A stretch of DNA of 64,000 nt from Thermodiscus sp. (GTDB lineage Archaea > Thermoproteota > Thermoprotei_A > Sulfolobales > Acidilobaceae), in contig WAOR01000009.1 in assembly GCA_015521175.1 (NCBI GenBank), positions 4,764 through 68,763 of the forward strand. The letters run 5' to 3'. Below the pieces are notes generated by a model. It worked only from the letters and a program-made list of their open reading frames with translations, did not search any database and had not been told where the DNA came from. The position numbers were made by a program, and so were the translations under genes. Below, piece by piece: positions 19,301-28,525 of this stretch. Numbering within the stretch: the stretch's first letter is position 1; every line of letters begins with the position of its first letter.

Positions 19301-20305
19301 TTATTTTCTACTGCAAAACTTCTTCAGGGTTTTCACAACCTCGTAGTCACACGGGATAATCGAGCGGTCTTTATCCGTAGAGACAAGCACGCGTTTGAAA
19401 GTATCAGCCTCTTCTGGGGTTAGGAACGGCCTGCTCACGCTTTTCTTAGTCTCAATACTCAGGCAGACATCGTTTTCGGGGTCTTCGGGGTCGATAATGG
19501 TTGTCGGCCCCCAGTGTTTTAGGGCTAGTCTCCTGTACGTTGCGAAAATGTTTACGACGCCTCCTACGAGTATGAGGGGAGCTCCTATGTCGACTGCCCT
19601 GGTTGTGAGCACTTTGTCTAGAAGGCATTGCCGCATGTATACTAGGCCTCCGGACTCTAGTGGTGGTGGGAGGTAACGGCTCTCGTATGGCAACATAAAG
19701 CCTATCGCTACATCGACTCTTTCCAGGTTGAAGTACTGGAAGACCAGGGGAGAGAAGAGATCCTCGTCCACGAACACACCTACTTTCGCGACAGGATCGC
19801 CGGAGGGTTCACGGATCGTGAAGACCTTCGGGGTTCTACCCCGGTGTAGACCTAGGGCTTCCTCGCGGGGTGTTAGCATCATTTTCCTATACTTGTCTAG
19901 AACGCCGTCTGGCCTCACGTGGACTACTGTAACATAGTTCCTAGGCCCTGCTACCTCGTAGATTGGCCCGAAGAATATGTTCACCTGGTACCTCATGCTC
20001 ATCCTGAGGAGGCTCCGGAGGGGGCTTCCCTGACTCATTGTTTTAGGGTTGAGCATCATTGACCTGGTTGTTATCCTGTTTCTAGCTCTCTCATTGTCCT
20101 TGATGTAGGCTGGTATGTTCCCAGTTGTGGGGTACGCGTTTGATACTAGGAGGTCCACGTGGTGGCCGGATTCTAGAGAGCTGTCTAGGAACTCGTGGAA
20201 TAGGGATAGTACGTGGTGGCTGTTGTGGGAGTAGCTTGGCCCACTCCTCGTAGCCCTGATGGAGCCGTGTAGGACTGCGATGCTGACTTCTCCTCGACTA
20301 GTCAC
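19301..20305 (-). CDS. Divergent nitrilase/C-N hydrolase-fold protein, catalytic triad apparently incomplete
   Basis: GPIYE, DKYRK and KVGVFVDED elements align with the nitrilase fold; start overlaps the rgy stop. Confidence 0.6.
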   Translation of the reverse strand: MTSRGEVSIAVLHGSIRATRSGPSYSHNSHHVLSLFHEFLDSSLESGHHVDLLVSNAYPTTGNIPAYIKDNERARNRITTRSMMLNPKTMSQGSPLRSLLRMSMRYQVNIFFGPIYEVAGPRNYVTVVHVRPDGVLDKYRKMMLTPREEALGLHRGRTPKVFTIREPSGDPVAKVGVFVDEDLFSPLVFQYFNLERVDVAIGFMLPYESRYLPPPLESGGLVYMRQCLLDKVLTTRAVDIGAPLILVGGVVNIFATYRRLALKHWGPTTIIDPEDPENDVCLSIETKKSVSRPFLTPEEADTFKRVLVSTDKDRSIIPCDYEVVKTLKKFCSRK

Positions 20306-23300
20306 CTATTGGCCCCCCTCCTCTCCTTGTATTTCTGGAGGCACTCGGAGAAGGCGTAGCCCTCGCCTTGATAAGCCTGGAGCACCGGCTGGGCCACTCC
20401 CACCAGTTCAGAGTGTACTTCTGCTAGTACTTTAACCCTCTCCTCCTCTCCAGCCTCTATCTTATCCATTCTCTCCTCGAGGACTCTGGTTCTTTCCTCA
20501 CTTATTAGTTTAGGAATTCTCGTCAAGTTTTCTCGTCCGACTATTCTAGACAGCTCTTCGAACGCTTCATAGTCTAATTCATCCTCTAGCTTCTCCCCGC
20601 CGGTAACCACGGTGAGGTACTTGTGCACTAGCTGGCCTCTAATAGTCGGCACTAGCCTATCCTCTTGTATCCTTGACACGTACCTCCTCTTGAAGAGTGT
20701 CTCAACTATCTTGGCGTATGTGCTGGGCCTTCCGATTCCCCGGGATTTCATGAGCGTGATAATGTCTCCCTGCGTGTATAGGGGTACCCTACTCCTCTTC
20801 CTTAGGTGCTCGAGGACTGCGCCTACGATGCCCACTGGGAGTGGCTGGTGCTCGCGAATGTAGTGCCATACAAGTGTGAAGCCTTTACTCACGGGGTCAT
20901 CCTCTTTACCGATCCGTATGATTCTGTCTACTTCGAGTCCAGCATTGTGGCCGTAGATCCGTACCGAATACCTGGCTCTAATCGCGGTTGCCTCCCTCAT
21001 CTGGCTCGCCATGAACCTCCTGAATATTAGGTCGTACAGCCTGTAGTGGGCCCTGGTGAGTCTTCCGGCTAGTTCTAGTACTCCTTCCTCCACGAGCCTT
21101 TCCAGGGTTTCAACATCTATGGGCCTCGTTGGCCTGATTGCTTCATGCGCTCCTCCCTCTCCCCACCTTCTCGGCCTGAATAATTCCCCAGCTTTTTCCC
21201 CGAAGGCTTGTTCTAGCCATTCTCTTGCTACTTGTATTCCCCTGTCGCTTACCCTCGTAGAGTCTGTTCGGTGGTAGGTTATGAGTCCTAGTTCGAAGAG
21301 GTTCTGTGCTAGCCTCATCGTCTCCGGAGCGCCTAGACCGAGGTAACGATTGGCGTCTGCGATCATCGTGTCCGTAGTGTATGGTGGCGGTGGGTTCAGT
21401 ACTTCCTCTTTTTCTTCGAGGATTTTGACTTCTACGTCTACTTCTGCTCTGCCCTTAGCAGACCTAACTATCTTGTATAGTTCCCTTGCATCACCTATGA
21501 CGTCGTTGTCGGTGAACACTATCCGGGCGCCGTCGATGATTAGCCTGTACTCGTTTACCTTCTCCTTGGCCTGGTTGTACCTCTCAATGATCCAGCCTAG
21601 GACCGGGGTCTGCACCCTGCCAGCGCTTAGGTTGTAGTAGTACTTGTACTGTCTGCACCTCTCCTTCTCCCTAACACGGAACTCTCCCCGTGCGATTATT
21701 CCTTCGAGCTTCCTACAATAGTACCGGGGCCAGAAGTGGCACCAGAGGAGTGGGGATAGGGTGAAGCCTATCCACCTGTCCTCGACCCTCCTTACTATTT
21801 GGGCGTCTACAAGTCTCTGATCGAACTCCCTCAGGTTGCGTATCGCCTCGAGTATAGCCCTCCTCGTGACCTCGTGGAACTCTAACCTCATTATACGCCT
21901 CGAGTACGGCCTTACTAGGAGGGACACGTCCCACCCGATTTTTTCTCCCTCAGTGTCCGGGTCTGTTCCTATTAGGACGAGGTCTACCTCCCAGGCGAGC
22001 CTCCTCAGGTCGTCTACTATCACCTTTGAATCGCGTATGTTCCTACTTCCGCAGATGGGGCACGTATCTCTCTCCTCTGTGAATTGGTAGCCGCAGTTCA
22101 GGCACCTCTTTATGCTAGTGTAGATTGGGTGATATTCTGAGCCGTTGTTGAGCGAGTATACACCGAACATCCACTCCTCCGCTCTAACACCGGGAGGGAG
22201 GTCGTCGGTGAGCCTCTCGGTCGCTAGATCATATACGTGGCCTCCACTAGCGACGATTGTTAAGAGGTAGTCTCCCGTAGCTACCTCGTAAGCTCTAGCC
22301 CCTGCGGGGAGGAGCCTTATGCTCGGTTGCCCGAAGAAGCCAGCTATTGTTCTAGCCTTGTTGGGAGACTCTACTATAAGGAGGGCTGTCTTGACTAGAT
22401 CCCTCGGTTTCTCTAGTGTGCCAGCAAGTAGCTGTGAGACCCTCCGTCTCTCCTCTTCTATCTCCCTCTTAACCTCCTCTAAGTTGACTTCTTCTAGCTT
22501 GGTCCACTGGGCGTCCGCCATCCACCTCGTCCTACGTATAAGCCCTTCGAGAAGCCTATCATTATCAACGACTACGACGCTTAGACCAAGCGTTATACCC
22601 CCCGCGTATAACCTGCTCGTCCTCCCGCTCGCCTGGAGGTAGGTCGCGGCATCGGCCACGAGAATGTACTTCTCTCCGCCCTCCTCCACTACCGCTACAT
22701 CCCTCTTCTCGGATAGTAGCCTCCAGACTTCGGGGTCCCTCAGGGCGTTCCTGAGAAAGTTGTAGGCATCCCACATCGCCCTGGTAGCCTTGCTCTCATT
22801 TATCCTGCCTTCGAGTATCCTCTCAGCTATCATTTGAAGCGCCGCGGGGCTCAGGGAGCGGGTTATCCTCCTGACTACTGCCAGGTGCCTCCGAGCTTCC
22901 TCTGCAACCTCCTCTAGGGGAAGATCTGCTAGCAGGCCTAAGAGGCGTAGTATGCTCCCTGGCGAGGGGTATCCCACGTCTATCGTGTACTTGTGGCGGG
23001 GGACCCCCGCGAACAGGGCATACTTGACTCTCGCGGGAAGGTCTATTCCACGAACTAGGACTCCATAGTAGTTAGCAACCCCCACCAATACGTTTAACCG
23101 GCCCTCAGCGAAGTCGTCGAGGAGCGATAACGGCTTCTTAGCGTGGAATGCCTCAGCCTCTACCCCCCTCTCACGTAGCATCTCGGCTAGACGCTCTGCC
23201 CCCTCAACGCCGTGATCTATGGGTACATAGACTAGGGTCCCGTCCCTGAACTCCCCAGCTACCAGTTCCACTACCCTCTCGTATAGCTCCTCTCTACTAT

Positions 23301-24402
23301 GGGGGAACGTGTAGGTGTCTATCACCCTGCGGAGGCCGATGTCGCTCCTACCACCAGCTTCGAAGCCGAGTAGAACCCGGAAGAGCCTAACCCTGGAGCC
23401 TCTAGGCCTACCTGTGGCGCTACTGACTATTAGGGTTGCCGCTCTCCTCGCAGCCCTCCTAATCTTAGCCTCAAGCTTTTCCGCCTCCCTCAATAACTTA
23501 TCCATCTCTTCTCTGACTCTTTCAAGTCTCTCCCATGCTTTACTCGAAGGCCCCTCCCTGGAAGCGATTAGCTCGAGTCTCTGCGCCTCAACTCGTAGGG
23601 CCGCTAGCCTCCTCTGGATTCGGAGGAGTTCTAGTCCTACCTGGATATCTTCATCTGTGAAGCCGACTATTCGTAGTATTGCATCAACGCTCTTCGCACT
23701 CCTCAGGACGGCGTCGACATCGTCAACGAAGACCAGGCGGAAGCCTTGAGCAGCAAGCATCTCAGCGTTTTTCCTGGCGAAGCTGGCTGTGGTTACGAGT
23801 ATCCTATAATTGCCGCTTTCTAGGGCTTCAAGAGCTTCTTCGCGCTCTTTCTTCCTCATCTTACTGTGTACTGCTATAATCCCGGCTTTGCAATGAAGGG
23901 CTTCTGCGAACGATTTTGCCCTCCTGTACACCATTTCGACTAGCGTTGTAGTCGGGAAGACAAGGTAGGACCTCTTCCTGTGCTTGCACGCTAAGTACAG
24001 GCTTGCAATAGTTCCGAAAGTTGTCTTACCAACGCCTGTGGGCGCTATTATGGAGAAGCTGTCTCCCCTTACGAGACGCCTAGCCCAGGTCCTCTGGGCC
24101 CCCCATGCAGGTGTGCCTAAAGCCTTCTCAAAATAGGCTATGAGACCATTAGCGTCTTCCTCGAGCTTTGCCAGCTCACGATAACCCTTCCTCAGGGTTC
24201 CAGCCTTCTCCAGAGCCTCGTAGATCGAGGTTATTGAGGAGTCTATCCCTCTTGCATCCGGTAGGCATCTGGGGCAGGGGAGACCCTTCACTAAACGCTC
24301 CTCAGTATTAGTTCCACCGCAGTTCGGACATGAGTACCTATACGAGCCCCTTCCAAGGGATTCTCCCTGCAAAACCGGTACACCGAGGTAAGCGTGGTCC
24401 AC
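20302..24402 (-). CDS. rgy: Reverse gyrase
   Basis: N-terminal Zn finger CPNC/CPRC, APTGVGKT, DDVD, YLQASGRTSRL, VESPNKARTI, GLITYHRTDS, GIGRPSTY. Confidence 0.97.
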   Translation of the reverse strand: MDHAYLGVPVLQGESLGRGSYRYSCPNCGGTNTEERLVKGLPCPRCLPDARGIDSSITSIYEALEKAGTLRKGYRELAKLEEDANGLIAYFEKALGTPAWGAQRTWARRLVRGDSFSIIAPTGVGKTTFGTIASLYLACKHRKRSYLVFPTTTLVEMVYRRAKSFAEALHCKAGIIAVHSKMRKKEREEALEALESGNYRILVTTASFARKNAEMLAAQGFRLVFVDDVDAVLRSAKSVDAILRIVGFTDEDIQVGLELLRIQRRLAALRVEAQRLELIASREGPSSKAWERLERVREEMDKLLREAEKLEAKIRRAARRAATLIVSSATGRPRGSRVRLFRVLLGFEAGGRSDIGLRRVIDTYTFPHSREELYERVVELVAGEFRDGTLVYVPIDHGVEGAERLAEMLRERGVEAEAFHAKKPLSLLDDFAEGRLNVLVGVANYYGVLVRGIDLPARVKYALFAGVPRHKYTIDVGYPSPGSILRLLGLLADLPLEEVAEEARRHLAVVRRITRSLSPAALQMIAERILEGRINESKATRAMWDAYNFLRNALRDPEVWRLLSEKRDVAVVEEGGEKYILVADAATYLQASGRTSRLYAGGITLGLSVVVVDNDRLLEGLIRRTRWMADAQWTKLEEVNLEEVKREIEEERRRVSQLLAGTLEKPRDLVKTALLIVESPNKARTIAGFFGQPSIRLLPAGARAYEVATGDYLLTIVASGGHVYDLATERLTDDLPPGVRAEEWMFGVYSLNNGSEYHPIYTSIKRCLNCGYQFTEERDTCPICGSRNIRDSKVIVDDLRRLAWEVDLVLIGTDPDTEGEKIGWDVSLLVRPYSRRIMRLEFHEVTRRAILEAIRNLREFDQRLVDAQIVRRVEDRWIGFTLSPLLWCHFWPRYYCRKLEGIIARGEFRVREKERCRQYKYYYNLSAGRVQTPVLGWIIERYNQAKEKVNEYRLIIDGARIVFTDNDVIGDARELYKIVRSAKGRAEVDVEVKILEEKEEVLNPPPPYTTDTMIADANRYLGLGAPETMRLAQNLFELGLITYHRTDSTRVSDRGIQVAREWLEQAFGEKAGELFRPRRWGEGGAHEAIRPTRPIDVETLERLVEEGVLELAGRLTRAHYRLYDLIFRRFMASQMREATAIRARYSVRIYGHNAGLEVDRIIRIGKEDDPVSKGFTLVWHYIREHQPLPVGIVGAVLEHLRKRSRVPLYTQGDIITLMKSRGIGRPSTYAKIVETLFKRRYVSRIQEDRLVPTIRGQLVHKYLTVVTGGEKLEDELDYEAFEELSRIVGRENLTRIPKLISEERTRVLEERMDKIEAGEEERVKVLAEVHSELVGVAQPVLQAYQGEGYAFSECLQKYKERRGANR

Positions 24403-24551
24403 GAATAACTACTCCTAAGTAGGGCTGATTATAAACTATTAAGGAGGAAGCCCTGACAGCTTTATTTCGCCTATTGTCTAAGACTACTCGTACAAGGCCT
24501 TATTACCTCTCTCGACTATAGACTATAACCGGAACGAGCGAGGTGATCCGT

Positions 24552-24671
24552 ATGAGTAGTGTGGTAAGACTAAGGGAGAAGGAGGAAAAGAGGATAAAGA
24601 TTAGGGCTACTAGGAGAGATGAGGAGGAACTCGACTGGTTTATAGCAAGCGTTTGCGGCCTAGGCGCCTAA
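24552..24671 (+). CDS. Unannotated 39-aa small protein
   Basis: GAGGTGA RBS, then ATG: MSSVVRLREKEEKRIKIRATRRDEEELDWFIASVCGLGA*; purine-rich codons like neighbouring genes. Confidence 0.6.
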   Translation: MSSVVRLREKEEKRIKIRATRRDEEELDWFIASVCGLGA

Positions 24672-24864
24672 AAGGAATCCTAAAATAAATAATACATATT
24701 CCTTAATTCCGAATCGCACTCTATGAAAGCGTGTATAGACGATAGCCTTTTCAGTATTCTCACATGATCGCTAAGATGCACTAACCAGCTTCATATCTAA
24801 ACCTTATAATCTTGAAGCCCAAGAGTAAAGACACGACTCCAGAAGGCGAGAGGTGAGAGGAGGA

Positions 24865-25104
24865 ATGCCCTACAAGGTAAAGATCGACCCAAGAGACTCG
24901 TGCATCAGCGACATGGTCTGCGTCTCCATCTGCGGCGAAGTCTTCGAGATGAGCGACGAGGACGGGAAGAGCCAGATAAAGGAGGAGTTCAGGACCGACC
25001 CATCCAACGTGGCCGAGGGCGTAGTCCCGGACGACCTCAAGGACTGCGTCCAGGAGGCAGCTGACAGCTGTCCGGTTAACATAATCCACGTAGAACCCGC
25101 TTAA
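24865..25104 (+). CDS. Monocluster ferredoxin (CxxDxxC...CP)
   Basis: CISDMVCVSIC...AADSCPVNII; ATG at 24865 after GAGGTGA/GGAGG. Confidence 0.92.
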   Translation: MPYKVKIDPRDSCISDMVCVSICGEVFEMSDEDGKSQIKEEFRTDPSNVAEGVVPDDLKDCVQEAADSCPVNIIHVEPA

Positions 25105-25218
25105 ATAGGATAGTAAACTATATACTTTTTAAATATTTCTCATTTATTTTTGTCATGCGACTATCTTAATTAATAGCCTTCACTCTCCCACAACCCTTAA
25201 AGCAGGCGGTGCAGGCCA

Positions 25219-26007
25219 ATGGAGCTAGCATCATGGCGCCTACTAGCGAGGACCATAAAAAACGCTGACGTAGTCGTCGAGGTAGTAGACATACGCGACC
25301 CCATTCACACCAGGAGTAGAAGGCTCGAGCAGATGGCTAGAGCCCTGGATAAAGACCTTGTAATAGTCCTAAACAAGGCGGACCTAGTGCCCAGGATGGT
25401 CGCGGATAAGTGGGCTCGAATAATAGAGGGCCAGGGATACGATGTACTATACGTCTCGGCGAGGCATAGGCTCGGGACAAGAGTCCTAAGAGGCTACATC
25501 AAGCACATCGCGAGGATCAAACCCTTCAGCGTCGCAGTGGTAGGCTACCCGAAGACCGGCAAATCCAGCATTATAAACGCACTAAGAGGTAGGAAGGGGG
25601 CTAGCACAAGCCCAATACCCGGAAGCCCCGGCTACACAAAGTCCATCCAGCTACTCAAGATAGAGCCGGGCTTCTACATGATAGACACGCCAGGCGTTAT
25701 CCCGGTTGAGGGAGGGTGGCCCGAGGCAATCATACGGGGGAGGAGCCCCGAGGAGCTTGTAGACCCTGTACCCCCCGCGGTAGCCCTCCTAGAGAGGGCC
25801 CTACACTACAACCCCAGGGCTGTCGAGAAGGCCTATGGGATAAAGGAGAGGGACCCCTACAGGATCCTGGAACTATTAGCGGAGAAGAGGGGCTGGTGGT
25901 ACAAGAAGACTAAGGAGCCATTGATAGAAGAAGCCGCCAGGACTGTTATCAGGGACTACCACAAGGCCAAGCTACTCTTCTATGTACCACCCGAGGAGTA
26001 CCTCTAA
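25219..26007 (+). CDS. Circularly permuted ribosome-biogenesis GTPase (YlqF/RbgA-like)
   Basis: G4 NKAD precedes G1 GYPKTGKS and G3 DTPG. Confidence 0.92.
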   Translation: MELASWRLLARTIKNADVVVEVVDIRDPIHTRSRRLEQMARALDKDLVIVLNKADLVPRMVADKWARIIEGQGYDVLYVSARHRLGTRVLRGYIKHIARIKPFSVAVVGYPKTGKSSIINALRGRKGASTSPIPGSPGYTKSIQLLKIEPGFYMIDTPGVIPVEGGWPEAIIRGRSPEELVDPVPPAVALLERALHYNPRAVEKAYGIKERDPYRILELLAEKRGWWYKKTKEPLIEEAARTVIRDYHKAKLLFYVPPEEYL

Positions 26008-26012
26008 GCAAA

Positions 26013-26102
26013 CTGGGGAGCCCGGATACCCGGGCTCATCCCCAGCGCCGTTAACGGCGCCGTCACCCAGGCGATACCCACTAGTTTAACTCTCACCTGG
26101 GA
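26013..26102. terminator. Triple-hairpin intergenic element between convergent genes
   Basis: CTGGGGAGCCCGG/CCGGGCTCATCCCCAG; perfect palindrome GCGCCGTTAACGGCGC; CCCAGGCGA/TCACCTGGG. Confidence 0.4.
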
Positions 26103-26118
26103 GGCTTAAGGGTGTTTC

Positions 26119-26454
26119 CTAGCAGACCTTGCTACCTGGCTCCACAGGCTCTGACACAGTTAGGAGCGCGGGCTTCTCCTCATCGCTACACGGTGCTGCC
26201 AGTATCATCCCCTCGCTCACAGTTCCAGCCATCTTCTTCGGCTCAAGGTTGGCTACCACTATGACGTATTTCCCTATGAAGTCCTCTGGCTTGTACCATT
26301 TAGCAAGGCCTGCAAGTATCTGCCTCTTCTCTCCGCCCAGGTCCACTATGAGGCGTATTAGCTTTCTAGAGTTGGGGAGCCTCTCCGCTTCTATCACCTT
26401 GCCTACGCGGAGGTCGACCTTGGCGAAGTCTTGATACTTTATCCTCTCCCCCAC
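26119..26454 (-). CDS. tRNA-binding OB-fold protein (Trbp111/CsaA/MetRS C-terminal-like)
   Basis: DLRVGKV, RQILAGL, VANLEPKKMAG.SEGMILAA. Confidence 0.9.
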   Translation of the reverse strand: MGERIKYQDFAKVDLRVGKVIEAERLPNSRKLIRLIVDLGGEKRQILAGLAKWYKPEDFIGKYVIVVANLEPKKMAGTVSEGMILAAPCSDEEKPALLTVSEPVEPGSKVC

Positions 26455-26568
26455 GGCTCCTGCACCTCGTCTAGGACTTCAGCCCTGGCCTAGTTTATAG
26501 GTTATTTCATGGTCAAGATTTTTTATCACTGATTCATTTAGTTTTAATGTGTCCAAAGGGTGGGCTAG

Positions 26569-26988
26569 TTGAGCCTGAGACCCCGCAGTAGCCTCTGGTA
26601 CGACGGCCCCGACAACCTCCCGCACCGTGTCTACCTAAGAGCGATAGGCTTCACCGAGGAAGACTTCAAGAAACCTCTCATAGCCGTAGTCGCTGCTTGG
26701 AGCGAGGCAGGGCCCTGCAACTTCCACACCCTCCAGCTGAGCCTCGCCGTGAAGGAGGGGGTGAGGGCGGCCGGCGGCAAGCCCCTCACCGTACCAACAA
26801 TCGTCGTTAATGACGGCATAAACATGGGCACGCCCGGCATGAGGTATAGCCTAATCAGCAGGGAGCTCATAGCCGACACCGTTGAAGCCCAGGTAAACAG
26901 TCACGGCTTCGACGCCTGGGTCGGAATCAGTGGTTGCGATAAGACCCAGCCCGGCATTATCATGGCTACGGTCCGTTTGAACATGCCT
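26569..26988 (+). pseudogene. ilvD: 5' fragment of dihydroxy-acid dehydratase
   Basis: [42 protein letters not shown]; similarity ends at RLNMP after about 140 codons. Confidence 0.88.
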
Positions 26989-27748
26989 AGGCAAATATAT
27001 CAGGACAATCCCCGGCATCACGGGCAAGCCGACCGCTCTAGACCCATACGGCGCCATACCCGAGGGCACGCCGGAGAACGCTGAGAGGATAAGGGGCTGG
27101 AAGAAGAGAAATTATGAGATGCTATGGTACGTCTTCTTCCTAGGCAACTTCATAACAGTACTGATCTTCATAATGATAAGCTACAGCCTCCTCTACAAGG
27201 CCGGGATAACCGCCTCCATGAGCCTAGGCCAGATCAAGGGGCACATACTTCAGCTTACAGCAGATGCGATAGCCAAGAGCACGCCCCTAGGAAAGGTCGG
27301 AGGAGACCTATACCTACTAAGCGTGTGGCTAATCCTATTCAACACCCAAGTCGCACTAATGGAGGGACTAGTGAGACAGGCCGCGGACACGCTCTACATA
27401 ACTTACGAGGGCGTCAGGAAGTTCGTGAAACAGGATATCAGGAAGTGGTATGCCTACTGGTGGATCGGAATAATAATCGTGGAGTTCATACTAGTAGCCG
27501 CCGCAGTCCTAGCTGGAGTAAGCTATGGAGACCTAGTAGTATTCGGGGCAGTCATGAGCCTCCTCACAATGTTCTTATCGCCAGCATTCCTACTCTACCT
27601 TAACACTAAGCTAATCAAGCAGTTGCCCAAGGAGATCTACGAGGCGATAAAGCCCCACCCAGTGATAATACTGCTACTAGCCATAGCCGTGATATTCTAC
27701 GCCTTCTTCTTTGGCATAGCTGTAGTAGCCAGGCTAGGAGTAATATAG
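26987..27748 (+). pseudogene. 3' fragment of Nramp/YcsG-like transporter
   Basis: Frame of ORF 27119 extends upstream as [15 protein letters not shown]...[13 protein letters not shown] and is followed by about 5 TM helices; 5' half absent. Confidence 0.62.
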
Positions 27749-27758
27749 TAAAATATTC

Positions 27759-28523
27759 CTAGTAAATAAGATCTACACCTATTTTTCCCAGTTTCGAGAG
27801 CCAGTCGAGGAACCTCCCGGCCTTCTCACCCTGGAATATCGCCCCATGCTGAGGAGCCACGGCTTCCAGCTCTAGGCCCCTCACCCGGGAGAGCCACGCG
27901 TCCAACGCCTTCTTACAGCAGAGATACCTCTTGTGGAACCCTTCTATGTAGGCCAGGTGCTTCTCGAAGTCTTCCACGAATAGGTACCACTCGTTTTCAG
28001 GAAATACTGCGGCCCCGATGTCTCCAGAGAAGAGGACCTTAGTTTCTGGGTCGTATAGTGTGAAGTTGCCGGGCGAGTGCAGGAAGTGGGCTGGTATCGC
28101 TTGGAGGCTTACTCCTCCCAAGTCGATATTCATGCCTTCATCGGGTATCTCTACAATGTCCAGGTTCGCGATAGCCCCTAGGTGTGGAAGGAACCTCGAC
28201 CATAAGGCTGATACGTATATCTTAGCGTTGGGGAAAAAGTCTAGTAGCAGGTTTAGCGATCCCACGACATCAGGGTCCTGGTGGCTGTAGAATATTCCCT
28301 TCACATTAGCTGGATCGACTATCTCGCTTACTGCTTGGAGGACTCGTTGGAATACGAAGTAGCCTCCCGGGTCTAATAGCATTGCTTCCCCATTGTGGAT
28401 TACTAGGTACTGGTTTGCGAGTATACCCTTCTCCATGTCGGCTTCATCAAGGCCTAGCCAGATGAACCTGTGATCACCCTCACCTGCTACGGTGAGGGGC
28501 CTGTGGAGCTTCCTAGACACCAT
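27759..28523 (-). CDS. MBL-fold di-iron protein (ODP / flavodiiron N-terminal-like)
   Basis: NQYL, LLDPGG, SHQDPD, PAHFLHSPGNF, FSGDIG, APQHG; no flavodoxin domain. Confidence 0.85.
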   Translation of the reverse strand: MVSRKLHRPLTVAGEGDHRFIWLGLDEADMEKGILANQYLVIHNGEAMLLDPGGYFVFQRVLQAVSEIVDPANVKGIFYSHQDPDVVGSLNLLLDFFPNAKIYVSALWSRFLPHLGAIANLDIVEIPDEGMNIDLGGVSLQAIPAHFLHSPGNFTLYDPETKVLFSGDIGAAVFPENEWYLFVEDFEKHLAYIEGFHKRYLCCKKALDAWLSRVRGLELEAVAPQHGAIFQGEKAGRFLDWLSKLGKIGVDLIY

Positions 28524-28525
28524 TA

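Noticed and set aside
20302..24402. Possible intein explaining reverse gyrase length
   Set aside because: No C/S...HN-C/S/T splice motifs or LAGLIDADG blocks seen
26989..27084. C-terminal 31 aa of the ilvD ORF as real protein
   Set aside because: Out-of-frame read-through into the transporter fragment
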